NCBI GenBank assembly: GCA_028712255.1
Contig: JAQTQJ010000001.1
Span: 76,366 to 140,365 of the forward strand
Origin: Candidatus Omnitrophota bacterium
GTDB taxonomy: Bacteria > Omnitrophota > Gorgyraeia > Gygaellales > Profunditerraquicolaceae
Length of the DNA stretch: 64,000 bases
Direction: 5' to 3'
The position numbers and the translations under genes were made by a program. Positions 30,973 to 41,624 of this stretch are shown here, piece after piece. The notes under the pieces are model-generated. The model saw only the letters and a program-made list of their open reading frames with translations. It had not been told where the DNA came from and did not search any database. Positions within the stretch are counted from its first letter, which is position 1, and the number at the start of each line of letters is the position of its first letter.

Positions 30973-33533
30973 TGGCAAGCTTACCGCAGATACCCGGAGC
31001 CAGGAAAAAGGGAGTACTTTTATTAAGCTCTAAGGATGATTTTAAGAAATTAGATGATCATTTAATTAATGATACAGTATGCATTGATGGGCTGGCTTCT
31101 GTTGCGTTAAGCCTGGCTAAGTTGATTCATGATAAATATAAAGTCGCAATTAAGCTTGTAAACGCCGGCAAGCTTAACGAAGAGCTGCCTGCGGGTATTG
31201 AATTAATTAATAGCCCGATTCAAGAAATCGTCGGTGAAGGCAGGGCAGAGGCAGTTAAATTTAAAGATGGTAAAGCAGTAGGGGTGTGTTTAGTTTTATT
31301 TATTGATAAAGCAATGGTGGTAAAACCAGAGGAGCCCAAAGTGGCGCAAGTGATGACTAATGTGATTGCAGAACTCGGAATAAAGGGAACAGAGAACGTT
31401 TTAAATCTTACCCGTCAGGTTTTAGATAATGCAATAAAGCAAAAAAGCCAAAGCCAAAAAATAGAATTCCCTCAGACTAATTATTACCTGCCATTGATCA
31501 ATGCCCTTTTGAATATTGAAGTAAAAAATCTCAATGATTGTTTAACTGCATATAAGCAGGCTCAGGGGCTTGCGAATAACCAGGTAACTTCAACCGGTTT
31601 GATTATTAATAGCCTAGGTGGTTTATTGAATAAAGGTGTTGCTACTTTGATTTGCGAAGAGATTTTGGCGGCTCTTGCGGTATTAAATCAGGAGCATCCT
31701 AAAGATGGGTTAGGTTTTATTCCGGATAATATACTGCGATCACTTGGCCTGCAATTAGTCGACGGCAGGATTGCCGGAATAGCTGTAATTCTAGGCCCGG
31801 CCAAAGATGAGCAGGCGGCTGTAGATTTAATCCGTAATTTCCAATCCAAGAGTATTGTTAGCTTATTGGCGGGTAATATTAACGGCAATACTTTTAGACA
31901 GCAACTTCAGAACAAAGGGATCCAATTAGGCTTAGAAAATTATATTGTCCCCTTAGGGGATGATTATCTTTCTGCCATTTATGCGGTAAATTTTGCGGTG
32001 CGTGCGCCTTTAATTTATGGAGGTAATAAGGCCGGGCAATGGGAAGGGATAGCCAATTATATCCGTAATCGTGTTCCGGCATTCGTTTTATTGCTTGGCC
32101 ATGTTGATGAGGTATTGGTGGCTACGGGTTTAGGTGTTTTGGCTTTTGGGCTGCCAATAATCACTGACTTAGAAGTTCCGCAGCTTGGAAAAATTGATAC
32201 TACGTTATTTGAAGCTTTAGTTACGGAGAAGGATTATCAGAAAATACCTTCTAAATGTATTCTTACCCGTGGGATCAAGATTAAGATGTCTGAAGTAAAT
32301 GTTCCTGTGCCATATGCTGCAGCTTTTGAAGGAGAACGCGTGCGTAAAGAACAGTTAGCTGTTGAGTTTGGAGGTAAATCCAGCGCGGCTATCGAATTTT
32401 TGTCTGCTAAAGAGGATGTTGATGTTGACGATGGCTTGGTTGAGTTAATTGGTCCGGATATTGATCAGCTGCCCGCAGGAGCTAAATCGTTACCTTTGGC
32501 AATTATGGTGGATGTATTTGGGCGAAAGATGCAGAAGGATTTTGAGCCCATATTAGAACGCCAGATCCATCGTTTTACCAATTATGCCATGGGCCTTATG
32601 CATATGGGCCAACGTGATATGGTTTGGATCAGGATATCTAAGGATGCTTATGAGAAAGGTTTTAGGCTAAAACATTTAGGGACTATTCTTCATGCTATGT
32701 TACATCAGGAATATAGCGCTATCGTAGATAAGATACAGATAAAGCTTTATACTAATCAAGCGGATGTGGAGAATTTATCGGCTGGAGCACAGAAAATATA
32801 TAATGAACGCGATGAACGTTTGGCTGGGATGACTGATGAGAGCGTGGATACATTTTATTCCTGTCTGTTATGTCAATCTTTTGCTCCGAATCATGTTTGT
32901 GTTGTTACTCCGCAGCGCTTGGGGTTATGTGGAGCATACTCTTGGCTTGATGCTAAGGCTTCTTTTGAGATTACTCCTACCGGCCCGAATCAGCCAATAC
33001 CCAAAGGAAATCTTTTGGATGCTAGGCTTGGGGTATGGGATAAGATAAATGAATTCGTGCAACAGAAATCCAACCATACCATTGATAAGGTAAGTATGTA
33101 TTCGCTGATGGATGGGCCGCAATCCTCCTGTGGATGTTTTGAATGCATTGTGGCGATTATTCCAGAAACTAATGGGGTAATGATAGTTAACCGAGATTAT
33201 TCCGGAATGACTCCTTCGGGAATGACTTTTACTACTTTAGCCGGATCTGTTGGCGGAGGTGTGCAGACTCCGGGATTTTTGGGAGTGGGGAAATTATACA
33301 TCTTAAGTAAAAAATTTATCTCTGCTGAAGGCGGATTAAAGAGAGTGGTTTGGATGCCTAAAGAATTAAAAGAGATTTTAGGAGAACGGTTAAAGGAGGC
33401 TTGCGTTCAAACGACAGATAAAGATTTATTGGATAAGATTGCCGATGAGTCCAAGGCCACCAGCTTAGAAGAGCTTTTAGCGTTTTTAACAGGAGTAAAT
33501 CATCCGGCTTTGACTATGGATCCGATTATTTAA
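30972..33533 (+). CDS. acsB: Acetyl-CoA synthase (CO dehydrogenase/acetyl-CoA synthase complex subunit AcsB) with an N-terminal extension
   Basis: A-cluster ligand pattern C-x2-C-x8-C-x9-C (CLLCQSFAPNHVCVVTPQRLGLCGA) is followed 67 residues later by Cys-Gly-Cys (SSCGCFEC). The spacing matches Moorella ACS residues C506/C509/C518/C528 and C595-G596-C597. ATG at 30972 overlaps the metF stop. Confidence 0.85.
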   Translation: MASLPQIPGARKKGVLLLSSKDDFKKLDDHLINDTVCIDGLASVALSLAKLIHDKYKVAIKLVNAGKLNEELPAGIELINSPIQEIVGEGRAEAVKFKDGKAVGVCLVLFIDKAMVVKPEEPKVAQVMTNVIAELGIKGTENVLNLTRQVLDNAIKQKSQSQKIEFPQTNYYLPLINALLNIEVKNLNDCLTAYKQAQGLANNQVTSTGLIINSLGGLLNKGVATLICEEILAALAVLNQEHPKDGLGFIPDNILRSLGLQLVDGRIAGIAVILGPAKDEQAAVDLIRNFQSKSIVSLLAGNINGNTFRQQLQNKGIQLGLENYIVPLGDDYLSAIYAVNFAVRAPLIYGGNKAGQWEGIANYIRNRVPAFVLLLGHVDEVLVATGLGVLAFGLPIITDLEVPQLGKIDTTLFEALVTEKDYQKIPSKCILTRGIKIKMSEVNVPVPYAAAFEGERVRKEQLAVEFGGKSSAAIEFLSAKEDVDVDDGLVELIGPDIDQLPAGAKSLPLAIMVDVFGRKMQKDFEPILERQIHRFTNYAMGLMHMGQRDMVWIRISKDAYEKGFRLKHLGTILHAMLHQEYSAIVDKIQIKLYTNQADVENLSAGAQKIYNERDERLAGMTDESVDTFYSCLLCQSFAPNHVCVVTPQRLGLCGAYSWLDAKASFEITPTGPNQPIPKGNLLDARLGVWDKINEFVQQKSNHTIDKVSMYSLMDGPQSSCGCFECIVAIIPETNGVMIVNRDYSGMTPSGMTFTTLAGSVGGGVQTPGFLGVGKLYILSKKFISAEGGLKRVVWMPKELKEILGERLKEACVQTTDKDLLDKIADESKATSLEELLAFLTGVNHPALTMDPII

Positions 33534-33539
33534 TTTTTC

Positions 33540-33568
33540 TTGACGCGCGTATTTTAAATGTATATAAT
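33540..33568 (+). promoter_or_regulatory. Sigma-70-like promoter (TTGACG, 17-nt spacer, TATAAT) whose -10 ends 11 nt before the ATG; predicts a near-leaderless transcript
   Basis: -35 at 33540-33545, -10 at 33563-33568, ATG at 33579. Confidence 0.55.
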
Positions 33569-33578
33569 TAAAGAATAA

Positions 33579-34337
33579 ATGAATAAAGCTAGCCTGCCTA
33601 AATTCCTAATTACTGCAATTACAATATTTTGCGTTTTTTCTTGCTGCCAATCTGTTTTTGCCCAAATGGCTTTGTTTGGTTCATCTTCCCAAGAAAATCC
33701 AGATGGGGTAAAGTTACAAGCCAAGGATTACCGGCAGTTAGGTTTAGAAAAACAGCATATTGGTAATTTAGCTGAGGCGATGAGTTTGTATCAGAAAGCT
33801 ATTACTCTGGATCCCGGTTATGCTGTAGCCTATAATGATTTGGGTGTAGTTTATGAAGCGATGGGGGATATTAAGCGTGCTGAAGAAAGTTATCTGAGGG
33901 CGCTCAAAATTGATCCCGGTTACTCAAGTGCCTACACAAATTTGGCGCTTTTGTACGAAAGCCAGCGTGATTTAGAAAAAGCAGAATTTTATTGGAATAA
34001 GCGTGTTCAAATTGGTTCTGCGGATGATCCATGGACGCAGAAAGCAGCCAGCCGGCTTAAGGATATCCGTCTAGTTTTATCCAAACAGCCAATATCTGAT
34101 TTACGTGAGCAGGAAGTTCTCGGACTGATGAAGGATGTTGCGGTAGCTAAGTGCGCCGTTAACAAAGATGATAAAGCGCTTGCTCGGAAACATTTTCAAA
34201 AAGCCAAAGAGAGCTTTAAAAAAGGGGATCTGGCTACAGCAATCAAAGAAGCTCTGGATGCCCAGTATTTAGATCAGAATAACTCGGAGATAGAAGCTTT
34301 TATTGAAAAGACAGAGATAAGAGCTCTGTCGCGATAG
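33579..34337 (+). CDS. Secreted tetratricopeptide-repeat protein
   Basis: Signal peptide plus three TPR units (AxxxYxxAL...DPGY). Confidence 0.75.
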   Translation: MNKASLPKFLITAITIFCVFSCCQSVFAQMALFGSSSQENPDGVKLQAKDYRQLGLEKQHIGNLAEAMSLYQKAITLDPGYAVAYNDLGVVYEAMGDIKRAEESYLRALKIDPGYSSAYTNLALLYESQRDLEKAEFYWNKRVQIGSADDPWTQKAASRLKDIRLVLSKQPISDLREQEVLGLMKDVAVAKCAVNKDDKALARKHFQKAKESFKKGDLATAIKEALDAQYLDQNNSEIEAFIEKTEIRALSR

Positions 34338-34392
34338 AAACGTACTGCGAAAACCTTCTTTCCTTATATTGAATTCCTTAAATATTTAATTA

Positions 34393-36960
34393 ATGAGTGG
34401 AAAAAGTTTATTTTTGATTGATGCAAATGCATTTTGTTATCGGGCATACCATGCCCTAAGCGGCTCAAAGGTCTTAAGAACCTCTTGGGGGCAAGAGACA
34501 GGTGCGATCTATATCTTCCTGAATATTCTCAATAAAATATTAAGAGAACAGAAGCCGGATTATCTAGTTTGTTGTTTTGATGTTTCGCGTGATACCTTTA
34601 GGCTTGCCAAGTTTGCGCAATATAAGATGCAAAGGCCTTCCATGCCTGATGGTCTAGTCAGTCAAATTCCCTTAATCAAGGAGATTATAATTGCTTATGG
34701 CATACCAATTTTTGAAAAAAAAGGTTTTGAAGCCGACGATATAATTGCTCAACTTGCTAAAAAAGCTGCTTCAAAGAAAATCTCTGTAACCATTGTAAGC
34801 AGCGATAAGGATATCCTACAGTTGGTAGGCGACCATATTTTAGTATTGAGCCCTAATAAAGATAACGATTTGTTTTATGATGTAGATAAGGTGAAGGAGC
34901 GTTTTGGAGTGGAACCGCAGATGGTCCCAGATATTATTGCTCTTATGGGGGATGCTTCTGATAATATCCCGGGAGTTCCTGGAATAGGTGATATAACAGC
35001 AAAAAAACTTATCCTGGAATTCGGTTCAATAGATAAAATGCTTAAAAATATTTCAAAGGTCAAACCCGAGAAAATTAGAGAAGCGATATCTGAACATATT
35101 GATCGAATAAAATTAAATAAGGAACTTATTAGTTTGAACCAGAAAGTAGATATTGAGCTAGATCTTGCCAAAGCCAAAATTGGCCAGCCAAATTATCCGG
35201 AATTATCCAGAATTTTTAAGAAGTTAGAATTTAAGAAGCTGCTCGGTGAGTTACCTGATACAGAAGAGAAAAAAGTAACAACTGACTTGCATGTTTGTAG
35301 TAAGAAGGAAGGCAAAGATTTATTCGAGCACTGTGATGAAATTACCCTTTTTGGGTCGAGCGCCGAAGATTTGTTTTTTGCCATAGATGATAAAATTTTT
35401 GATGCAAAATCAGTGGCCCAAGATTTGCCTAAAGTAATTTCTAACGTTCATATCAAGAAGACAGGCCATGATCTTAAAAAATTAAAAGTCTCTCTTTCTA
35501 AAGAAGGGTTAGTTTTAAATGGCCTGGGTTTTGACACCATGATTGCGGCATATCTACTGAATCCTTCGCGCTCAAGTTATGCATTGGGTGATTTGGCATT
35601 AGAAAATTTAGGCGAATTTATCCGCCAAGGTGAGCCTCAGGCAAAAGAGGCATTAGCATTAATAGGTAAGTTAAAACCGGTTTTAGCCAAGGCTCTACAG
35701 GAGAAAGATCTATTCGAATTATTTTGTAATCTTGAGATGCCCTTAGTGAGCATATTGGCACAGATGGAGCAGGATGGAATAAAACTGGATCTAAAACTGC
35801 TCAAAAAACTTTCACATGAAATTGAACAGCGGCTGATAAAATTAATTTCGGATATTTATGAAGCAAGTGGAACTCAGTTTAATATTAATTCACCCAAACA
35901 GCTAGGCCAGGTTTTATTCGAGAAGTTAGGGCTTCCGGTGGTCAAAAAAACTAAGACTGGCCCATCTACGGATGAAGAGGTATTGAATCGATTGGCGGGT
36001 CAACATGCGTTGCCTGCTCTTTTGTTAGAGTACCGTCAGCTGACCAAATTAAAAAATACTTATGTTGATGCCCTGCCTAAATTGGTCGACCCTAAAACCG
36101 GCAGGGTGCATACATCGTTCAACCAGACAGGGACCGAGACTGGCCGTTTAAGTTCAAGTAACCCGAACCTGCAGAATATTCCGATTAAAACCGATATCGG
36201 CAGCAAGATCAGGCAGGCGATCATTGCGACAGGTAAAGATAATTGCCTATTATCGTGTGATTATTCTCAAATTGAGTTGAGGGTGTTAGCGCATATTTCA
36301 GGGGATGATACATTAGTCAAGGCTTTCCATAGTGACCACGATATACACCGGCTGACGGCGTCCTTAATTTATAATGTTAAGGAGAGTCAAGTGGAGTCTC
36401 AGATGCGTGAGGTGGCTAAAAGGGTTAATTTTGGTATTGTTTATGGGCAGAGCGCATACGGCCTAAGTAAAGATTTGAATATTCCCGTGAATCAGGCTCA
36501 GGATTTTATTGATGCTTATTTTTTACGTTATCCTAAGGTAAAAGATTATATCCAGGCTCAGATTAAGAGGGCTCAAGATAAAGGGTTTGTTACGACCTTA
36601 TTGGGTAGAAGAAGGTATATTCCTGAAATCAATAATAAAAATATGGGAATCAGGCAGTTTGCCCAACGCCAGGCGGTGAACACTCCTCTTCAGGGCACAG
36701 CCAGCGATTTAATTAAACTGGCAATGATTAATATAGCAGCATTGATTAAATCTAAGGGCTTAGAAGCTAAAATGATTTTACAGATTCATGATGAATTGGT
36801 TTTTGACCTGCCAAACCGTGAATTAGATATTCTTGCTGAGTTGGTTAAGAAGGAGATGGAGCTTGTTATGAAATTGGATGTTCCGATAAGAGTAGAGACC
36901 AAAACTGGAAAAAATTGGCTGGAGATGGTTGCTTATCCGCAAGCAAAGGGGAAAGGCTGA
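34393..36960 (+). CDS. polA: DNA polymerase I
   Basis: N-terminal 5'-3' exonuclease domain, then polymerase motifs A, B and C (DYSQIELR, QVHDEL). Confidence 0.95.
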   Translation: MSGKSLFLIDANAFCYRAYHALSGSKVLRTSWGQETGAIYIFLNILNKILREQKPDYLVCCFDVSRDTFRLAKFAQYKMQRPSMPDGLVSQIPLIKEIIIAYGIPIFEKKGFEADDIIAQLAKKAASKKISVTIVSSDKDILQLVGDHILVLSPNKDNDLFYDVDKVKERFGVEPQMVPDIIALMGDASDNIPGVPGIGDITAKKLILEFGSIDKMLKNISKVKPEKIREAISEHIDRIKLNKELISLNQKVDIELDLAKAKIGQPNYPELSRIFKKLEFKKLLGELPDTEEKKVTTDLHVCSKKEGKDLFEHCDEITLFGSSAEDLFFAIDDKIFDAKSVAQDLPKVISNVHIKKTGHDLKKLKVSLSKEGLVLNGLGFDTMIAAYLLNPSRSSYALGDLALENLGEFIRQGEPQAKEALALIGKLKPVLAKALQEKDLFELFCNLEMPLVSILAQMEQDGIKLDLKLLKKLSHEIEQRLIKLISDIYEASGTQFNINSPKQLGQVLFEKLGLPVVKKTKTGPSTDEEVLNRLAGQHALPALLLEYRQLTKLKNTYVDALPKLVDPKTGRVHTSFNQTGTETGRLSSSNPNLQNIPIKTDIGSKIRQAIIATGKDNCLLSCDYSQIELRVLAHISGDDTLVKAFHSDHDIHRLTASLIYNVKESQVESQMREVAKRVNFGIVYGQSAYGLSKDLNIPVNQAQDFIDAYFLRYPKVKDYIQAQIKRAQDKGFVTTLLGRRRYIPEINNKNMGIRQFAQRQAVNTPLQGTASDLIKLAMINIAALIKSKGLEAKMILQIHDELVFDLPNRELDILAELVKKEMELVMKLDVPIRVETKTGKNWLEMVAYPQAKGKG

Positions 36961-38348
36961 TGAGGATAGCTATGGCAGTGTCAGAGGTTGTGCCCTTTGC
37001 TAAGACTGGAGGGCTTGCTGACGTGGGTGCAGCCCTGTCTTTGGCTCTAGAGTATTGCGGGCATGAAGTGATTATTATTATGCCTAGGTATAAATGTGTT
37101 ATAGATTCTAAATTTAAGATTGAAAGGGTTTCTAAGGATATATCTGTTTCTATTATCGGGAAAAATGTCAGGGCCTATTTTATAGAAAGCAGCCTTTATT
37201 TTAACCGTGAAGGCTTATATGGCGATAAGAGGGGTGATTACAAAGATAACTTGGAGAGATTTGTTTACTTCTGCCGCAGAGGGCTGGATTTATTAAAGGA
37301 AATAGATTTTTGCCCGGATATCCTGCATTTACATGATTGGCAGGCAAGCCTGATGGCAGTGTATTTGAAAACCCTCTACTCTGAAAAAACTTTTTATAAA
37401 AGAATTCGCAGCCTTTTAACTATCCATAATATCGGTTATCAGGGAATTTTTACCAAAGAGGAATTCGGTAAACTTGGGCTGGAGAATAATATTTTTGATA
37501 TTCACGGGGTTGAATTTTATGGGAAAGTCAACTTGCTCAAAGGTGGGATAATATTTTCGGATTTTATTAATACCGTTAGCCCAACTTATGCCAAGGAGAT
37601 TCAGACAGAAGAGTTTGGTTTTGGTTTGGAAGGGCTTTTGAAAGAACGTAGAAGTGTTTTAAGCGGGATATTAAACGGGGTGGATTATTCGGTTTGGGAT
37701 CCTGATGCGGATAAATTTATCACTCAGAATTATTCTGTAAACAATATTGAAAATAAAGCTTTTGATAAAGAGAATTTACAAAATCTGTGTGGCTTACCGG
37801 TAAATAAGGATATTCCCGTTTTAGGGATCGTATCGCGCCTAGCCGAGCAAAAAGGTTTTGATATCCTCACTGGTGGCCTTGATGAGCTTTCTAAAATGGA
37901 TGTGCAATTAATTATTTTGGGGGCCGGAGACCAGGTGTACCAGCAGATTTTAAAATCAGCCGCTAAAAGATATCCGAAGATGATTTCTTTAAATTTAAGA
38001 TTCGATGATCCGCTGGCTCATAAGATTTATGCAGGAAGCGATATTTTCCTCATGCCTTCAAAATATGAGCCTTGTGGACTGGGGCAATTGATTAGTTTGC
38101 ATTATGGCACAATACCGCTGGTTTTTAATACCGGTGGCCTTGCAGATACGATTAATAAGAATAATGGTTTTGTTTTTAGCAGCTATACAAAGGAAGAGCT
38201 TATAAAAACAATTAAGAGTGCCGTTGCTAATTTTAAAAATAAACCTGAATGGGAACGTTTAGTTTTAAATGCTATGAAATGTAATTTTTCCTGGAAAGCC
38301 TCTGCGGATAAGTATGCCCAGCTATATGCTAAAGTCAAAGAAAAATAA
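36960..38348 (+). CDS. glgA: Glycogen synthase (ADP-glucose type)
   Basis: N-terminal EVVPFAKTGGLADV motif; the ATG overlaps the polA stop by 1 nt. Confidence 0.9.
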   Translation: MRIAMAVSEVVPFAKTGGLADVGAALSLALEYCGHEVIIIMPRYKCVIDSKFKIERVSKDISVSIIGKNVRAYFIESSLYFNREGLYGDKRGDYKDNLERFVYFCRRGLDLLKEIDFCPDILHLHDWQASLMAVYLKTLYSEKTFYKRIRSLLTIHNIGYQGIFTKEEFGKLGLENNIFDIHGVEFYGKVNLLKGGIIFSDFINTVSPTYAKEIQTEEFGFGLEGLLKERRSVLSGILNGVDYSVWDPDADKFITQNYSVNNIENKAFDKENLQNLCGLPVNKDIPVLGIVSRLAEQKGFDILTGGLDELSKMDVQLIILGAGDQVYQQILKSAAKRYPKMISLNLRFDDPLAHKIYAGSDIFLMPSKYEPCGLGQLISLHYGTIPLVFNTGGLADTINKNNGFVFSSYTKEELIKTIKSAVANFKNKPEWERLVLNAMKCNFSWKASADKYAQLYAKVKEK

Positions 38349-38934
38349 ATTAGTTTTAGGGATTACCGGAAACATTGCCTGCGGCAAGAGCACCGTAGCG
38401 GCGATGTTTAAAACCAAAGATAGCCAGCTTATTGACGCTGATCTCCTAGGGCATGAACTTCTATCCGTTGGCTGCGGCGTTTATAAGAAAATTATAAAGT
38501 CATTCGGTCGGGGGATCCTGAAGGCCAATAAAGAAATCGACCGTGCAAAATTAGCCAGTATAGTTTTTGCCAGGAATGAATCTTTAGTCAGGCTCAATAG
38601 CATTGTGCATCCAGTGTTAATTAGGGAAATTAAGCGTCTTATCAGGAATTCAAATAAGAAGGTTATAATCTTGGATGCTGCTCTGATTATCGAAGCAGGT
38701 TTAAGTAAGACAGTAGATAAGATTGTCGTAGTTACAGCCAAAAGAAATCAGCAGATTTTACGCGCTGCTAAGGTTTCGGGTCTTAATAAGGGGCAAATTA
38801 TGGCGAGATTAAAATTTCAGATTTCGCAAGGCAAAAAGTTGCCTTTCGCGGATTTTACAATAGATAACAGCGGTTCAATCGGAAAAACCAGGAAACAGGT
38901 GTTAGAAATAAGGAGGAAGTTGTGGAAAAGTTAG
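38326..38934 (+). CDS. coaE: Dephospho-CoA kinase
   Basis: P-loop [12 protein letters not shown]. The start at 38326 is ambiguous; 38314 is an alternative. Confidence 0.85.
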   Translation: MLKSKKNKLVLGITGNIACGKSTVAAMFKTKDSQLIDADLLGHELLSVGCGVYKKIIKSFGRGILKANKEIDRAKLASIVFARNESLVRLNSIVHPVLIREIKRLIRNSNKKVIILDAALIIEAGLSKTVDKIVVVTAKRNQQILRAAKVSGLNKGQIMARLKFQISQGKKLPFADFTIDNSGSIGKTRKQVLEIRRKLWKS

Positions 38935-40181
38935 ATATCAAAAATCTAAAAGATATGAAGATTACTGAATTAAATAAGTTGGCCAAAGAATTAAATGCCA
39001 ACGGTACCAGCGGCTTAAAAAAACAGGATCTGATTTTTAAGATTCTGCAAGCGCAGGCAGAAAAAGAAGGTTTAATGTTTGGGGAAGGTGTGTTGGAGAT
39101 ACTCCCTGAAGGTTTTGGTTTCTTAAGAAGCCCAAATTACAATTATCTGCCCTGCCCGGATGATATTTATATTTCTCCGTCCCAGATCAGGAAGTTTGAG
39201 TTGCGTACCGGAGATACGGTAAGCGGCCAGATTCGTCCTCCCAAAGAAGGAGAAAAATATTTTGCCTTACTCAAAGTTGAAGCAGTAAATTTTGAAAATC
39301 CTGAGGAGGTAAAAGAAAAAGTGCTTTTCGATAACTTGACTCCGGTTTATCCGCGCGCGCCTTTTAACATGGAAACTAAACCAGATGAGTTATCTATGCG
39401 TATTATGAGTTTGCTTACTCCTATTGGCAGGGGTCAGCGCGGATTGATTGTTGCTCAGCCATACAGCGGTAAAACTGTCTTGTTGCAAAAGATAGCTAAT
39501 GCCATTACCACTAATAACCCGGATGTGATTATGATTGTTTTGCTTATCGATGAACGTCCGGAAGAGGTTACGGATATGCAGCGTAATGTAAAAGGCGAAG
39601 TAATTTCTTCTACCTTTGATGAGCCGCCGGAACGCCACGTACAGGTTGCTGAGATTGTTTTGGAAAAAGCAAAACGTTTAGTTGAGCATAAACGCGACGT
39701 GGTGATTCTTCTTGATAGTATAACCCGCTTGGCTCGCGCTTATAACTCCGTAGTCCCGCACAGCGGCAAGGTTTTATCAGGCGGTATTGATTCCAATGCC
39801 TTGCAGAAACCAAAGAGATTCTTTGGAGCCGCGCGCGCAGTGGATGAAGGCGGGAGTTTAACGATTATTGCTACGGCACTGGTTGATACCGGAAGCCGAA
39901 TGGATGAAGTTATTTTTGAAGAGTTCAAGGGTACCGGTAACATGGAAACTCAGCTTGACCGTAACTTATTCCAGCGCAGGATATATCCGGCTATTGATAT
40001 TAAGCGTTCTAATACGCGTCATGAGGAGCTTCTGGTTAAACCGGATGTGTTATCGAAAACTTGGATTTTAAGAAAAGTTTTAAATGAATTGAATAATGTG
40101 GAAGCAATGGAGTTATTGATTGAGAAATTAGGTAAAACCAAGAATAATGAAGATTTTCTAAACAGCATGAACCAGAAATAA
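38922..40181 (+). CDS. rho: Transcription termination factor Rho
   Basis: GTG start; N-terminal OB-fold RNA-binding domain and RecA-like ATPase ([15 protein letters not shown]). Confidence 0.95.
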   Translation: MEKLDIKNLKDMKITELNKLAKELNANGTSGLKKQDLIFKILQAQAEKEGLMFGEGVLEILPEGFGFLRSPNYNYLPCPDDIYISPSQIRKFELRTGDTVSGQIRPPKEGEKYFALLKVEAVNFENPEEVKEKVLFDNLTPVYPRAPFNMETKPDELSMRIMSLLTPIGRGQRGLIVAQPYSGKTVLLQKIANAITTNNPDVIMIVLLIDERPEEVTDMQRNVKGEVISSTFDEPPERHVQVAEIVLEKAKRLVEHKRDVVILLDSITRLARAYNSVVPHSGKVLSGGIDSNALQKPKRFFGAARAVDEGGSLTIIATALVDTGSRMDEVIFEEFKGTGNMETQLDRNLFQRRIYPAIDIKRSNTRHEELLVKPDVLSKTWILRKVLNELNNVEAMELLIEKLGKTKNNEDFLNSMNQK

Positions 40182-40207
40182 GTGTCCATTAAAAATATTA
40201 TGAACAC

Positions 40208-40280
40208 GTTATTCTGAGGGAGCGAAGCGACCGAAGAATCTATTTTTTGGATTCTTCGCCCCTTCGGGGCTCAGAATGAC
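40208..40280. repeat. MITE/REP-like palindromic element, family 2 copy B (73 bp). Outer inverted repeat TTATTCTGAGG/CTCAGAATGAC; inner GAAGAATC/GGATTCTTC; plus a GCCCCTTCGGGGC hairpin.
   Basis: Nested inverted repeats read from the sequence; lies between rho and rpmE. Confidence 0.7.
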
Positions 40281-40297
40281 AAAAAGGAGGTAATAAA

Positions 40298-40498
40298 ATG
40301 AAAGACAAGATTCATCCTAATTACAAAGAGAGCACAATTATCTGTGCCTGCGGAGAGACGGTGCACACGCGTTCAACTAAGCCTAGTATCCGTGTTGAAA
40401 TCTGCTCAAAGTGTCATCCGTTTTTTACCGGTAAGCAGAAGTTAGTGGATTCTGCCGGCCGTGTGGATAAGTTTATGAAGAAATATGGCAAAAAATAA
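40298..40498 (+). CDS. rpmE: 50S ribosomal protein L31
   Basis: L31 family; zinc ribbon cysteines (CACGETVH...CSKCH). Confidence 0.9.
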   Translation: MKDKIHPNYKESTIICACGETVHTRSTKPSIRVEICSKCHPFFTGKQKLVDSAGRVDKFMKKYGKK

Positions 40499-41570
40499 AA
40501 TATATGAGCAGTTAGAAAAATTAACTGTTCGATATCAGGAGCTTGAGCAGCTTTTAGCCAGTCACGAGCAAATTGCTGACCGCCAGCAGTATAATAAGTT
40601 GGCTAAAGAGCTTTCTGACATTAAGGAGCCGGTCTCTAAATTCAGCGAATATAATAATTTGCTTAAAGAGATAAGTGAACTTGAGATCGTGCTTTCTGGA
40701 AAGCATGATAAAGATTTTGTGGAGTTGGCGCATGAAGAGCTTAAAGACCTGGAAGCCAAAAAAAGCAGCATTGAGTCTGAACTAAAAAAAATGATGGCTG
40801 GTGAAGATAAAGATGCCGGCCGCAATTGTATTATTGAAATCAGGCAGGGTACAGGCGGGGATGAGGCAGGGCTTTTTGCGGCGGATCTTTACCGAATGTA
40901 TTCAAAATATGCAACTTTGAAAGGCTGGGTAATTGAACCGATGTCTTCTAGCGTTAATGAAGCCGGTGGAATCAAAGAAATAATCTTTGGCGTAAAAGGA
41001 AAAGATTCTTTCCGGCACTTAAAATTTGAAAGCGGAGTGCATCGGGTGCAGCGTGTCCCGACTACTGAGGCGCAAGGCAGGATTCATACATCTACTGCTA
41101 CTGTTGCCGTATTGCTTGAACCGGAAGAGGTTGATTTGGAAATCGCGCCAAAAGATTTAAGGACTGATACCTATCGCTCAAGCGGGCCCGGCGGTCAGCA
41201 TATGCAAAAAACTGATTCAGCAGTGAGAATTACGCATATTCCCACCGGCACAGTTGTTGCCTGCCAGGATGAGCGCTCGCAGATAAAAAATAAAGCCAAG
41301 GCGATGCGTGTACTGCGCGCGCGTATTTTAGAGGTTAAAATTGAAGATGAGGCAAAAAAATTATCCAGCGCCAGAAAAACACAGATTGGCACAGGAGACC
41401 GCAGTGAAAAGATCCGTACCTATAATTTTCCTGACCGCCGGGTTACTGACCACAGGATTAATTTTACTTCCCATCAATTAGAGGCAATCCTGGAAGGGCA
41501 GATGGATGAACTTTTTGAGGCCTTATTAAAGGCAGAAGCAGAGAAAAGAAATGAATCCCGCACCTTCTGA
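40485..41570 (+). CDS. prfA: Peptide chain release factor 1
   Basis: GGQ motif ([19 protein letters not shown]); rpmE-prfA-prmC order. Confidence 0.95.
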   Translation: MAKNKIYEQLEKLTVRYQELEQLLASHEQIADRQQYNKLAKELSDIKEPVSKFSEYNNLLKEISELEIVLSGKHDKDFVELAHEELKDLEAKKSSIESELKKMMAGEDKDAGRNCIIEIRQGTGGDEAGLFAADLYRMYSKYATLKGWVIEPMSSSVNEAGGIKEIIFGVKGKDSFRHLKFESGVHRVQRVPTTEAQGRIHTSTATVAVLLEPEEVDLEIAPKDLRTDTYRSSGPGGQHMQKTDSAVRITHIPTGTVVACQDERSQIKNKAKAMRVLRARILEVKIEDEAKKLSSARKTQIGTGDRSEKIRTYNFPDRRVTDHRINFTSHQLEAILEGQMDELFEALLKAEAEKRNESRTF

Positions 41571-41624
41571 TATTTAGGTATTTACAGGTGTAGGATTAAC
41601 AAAGAATAGAGGAGAAGGTGCGGG

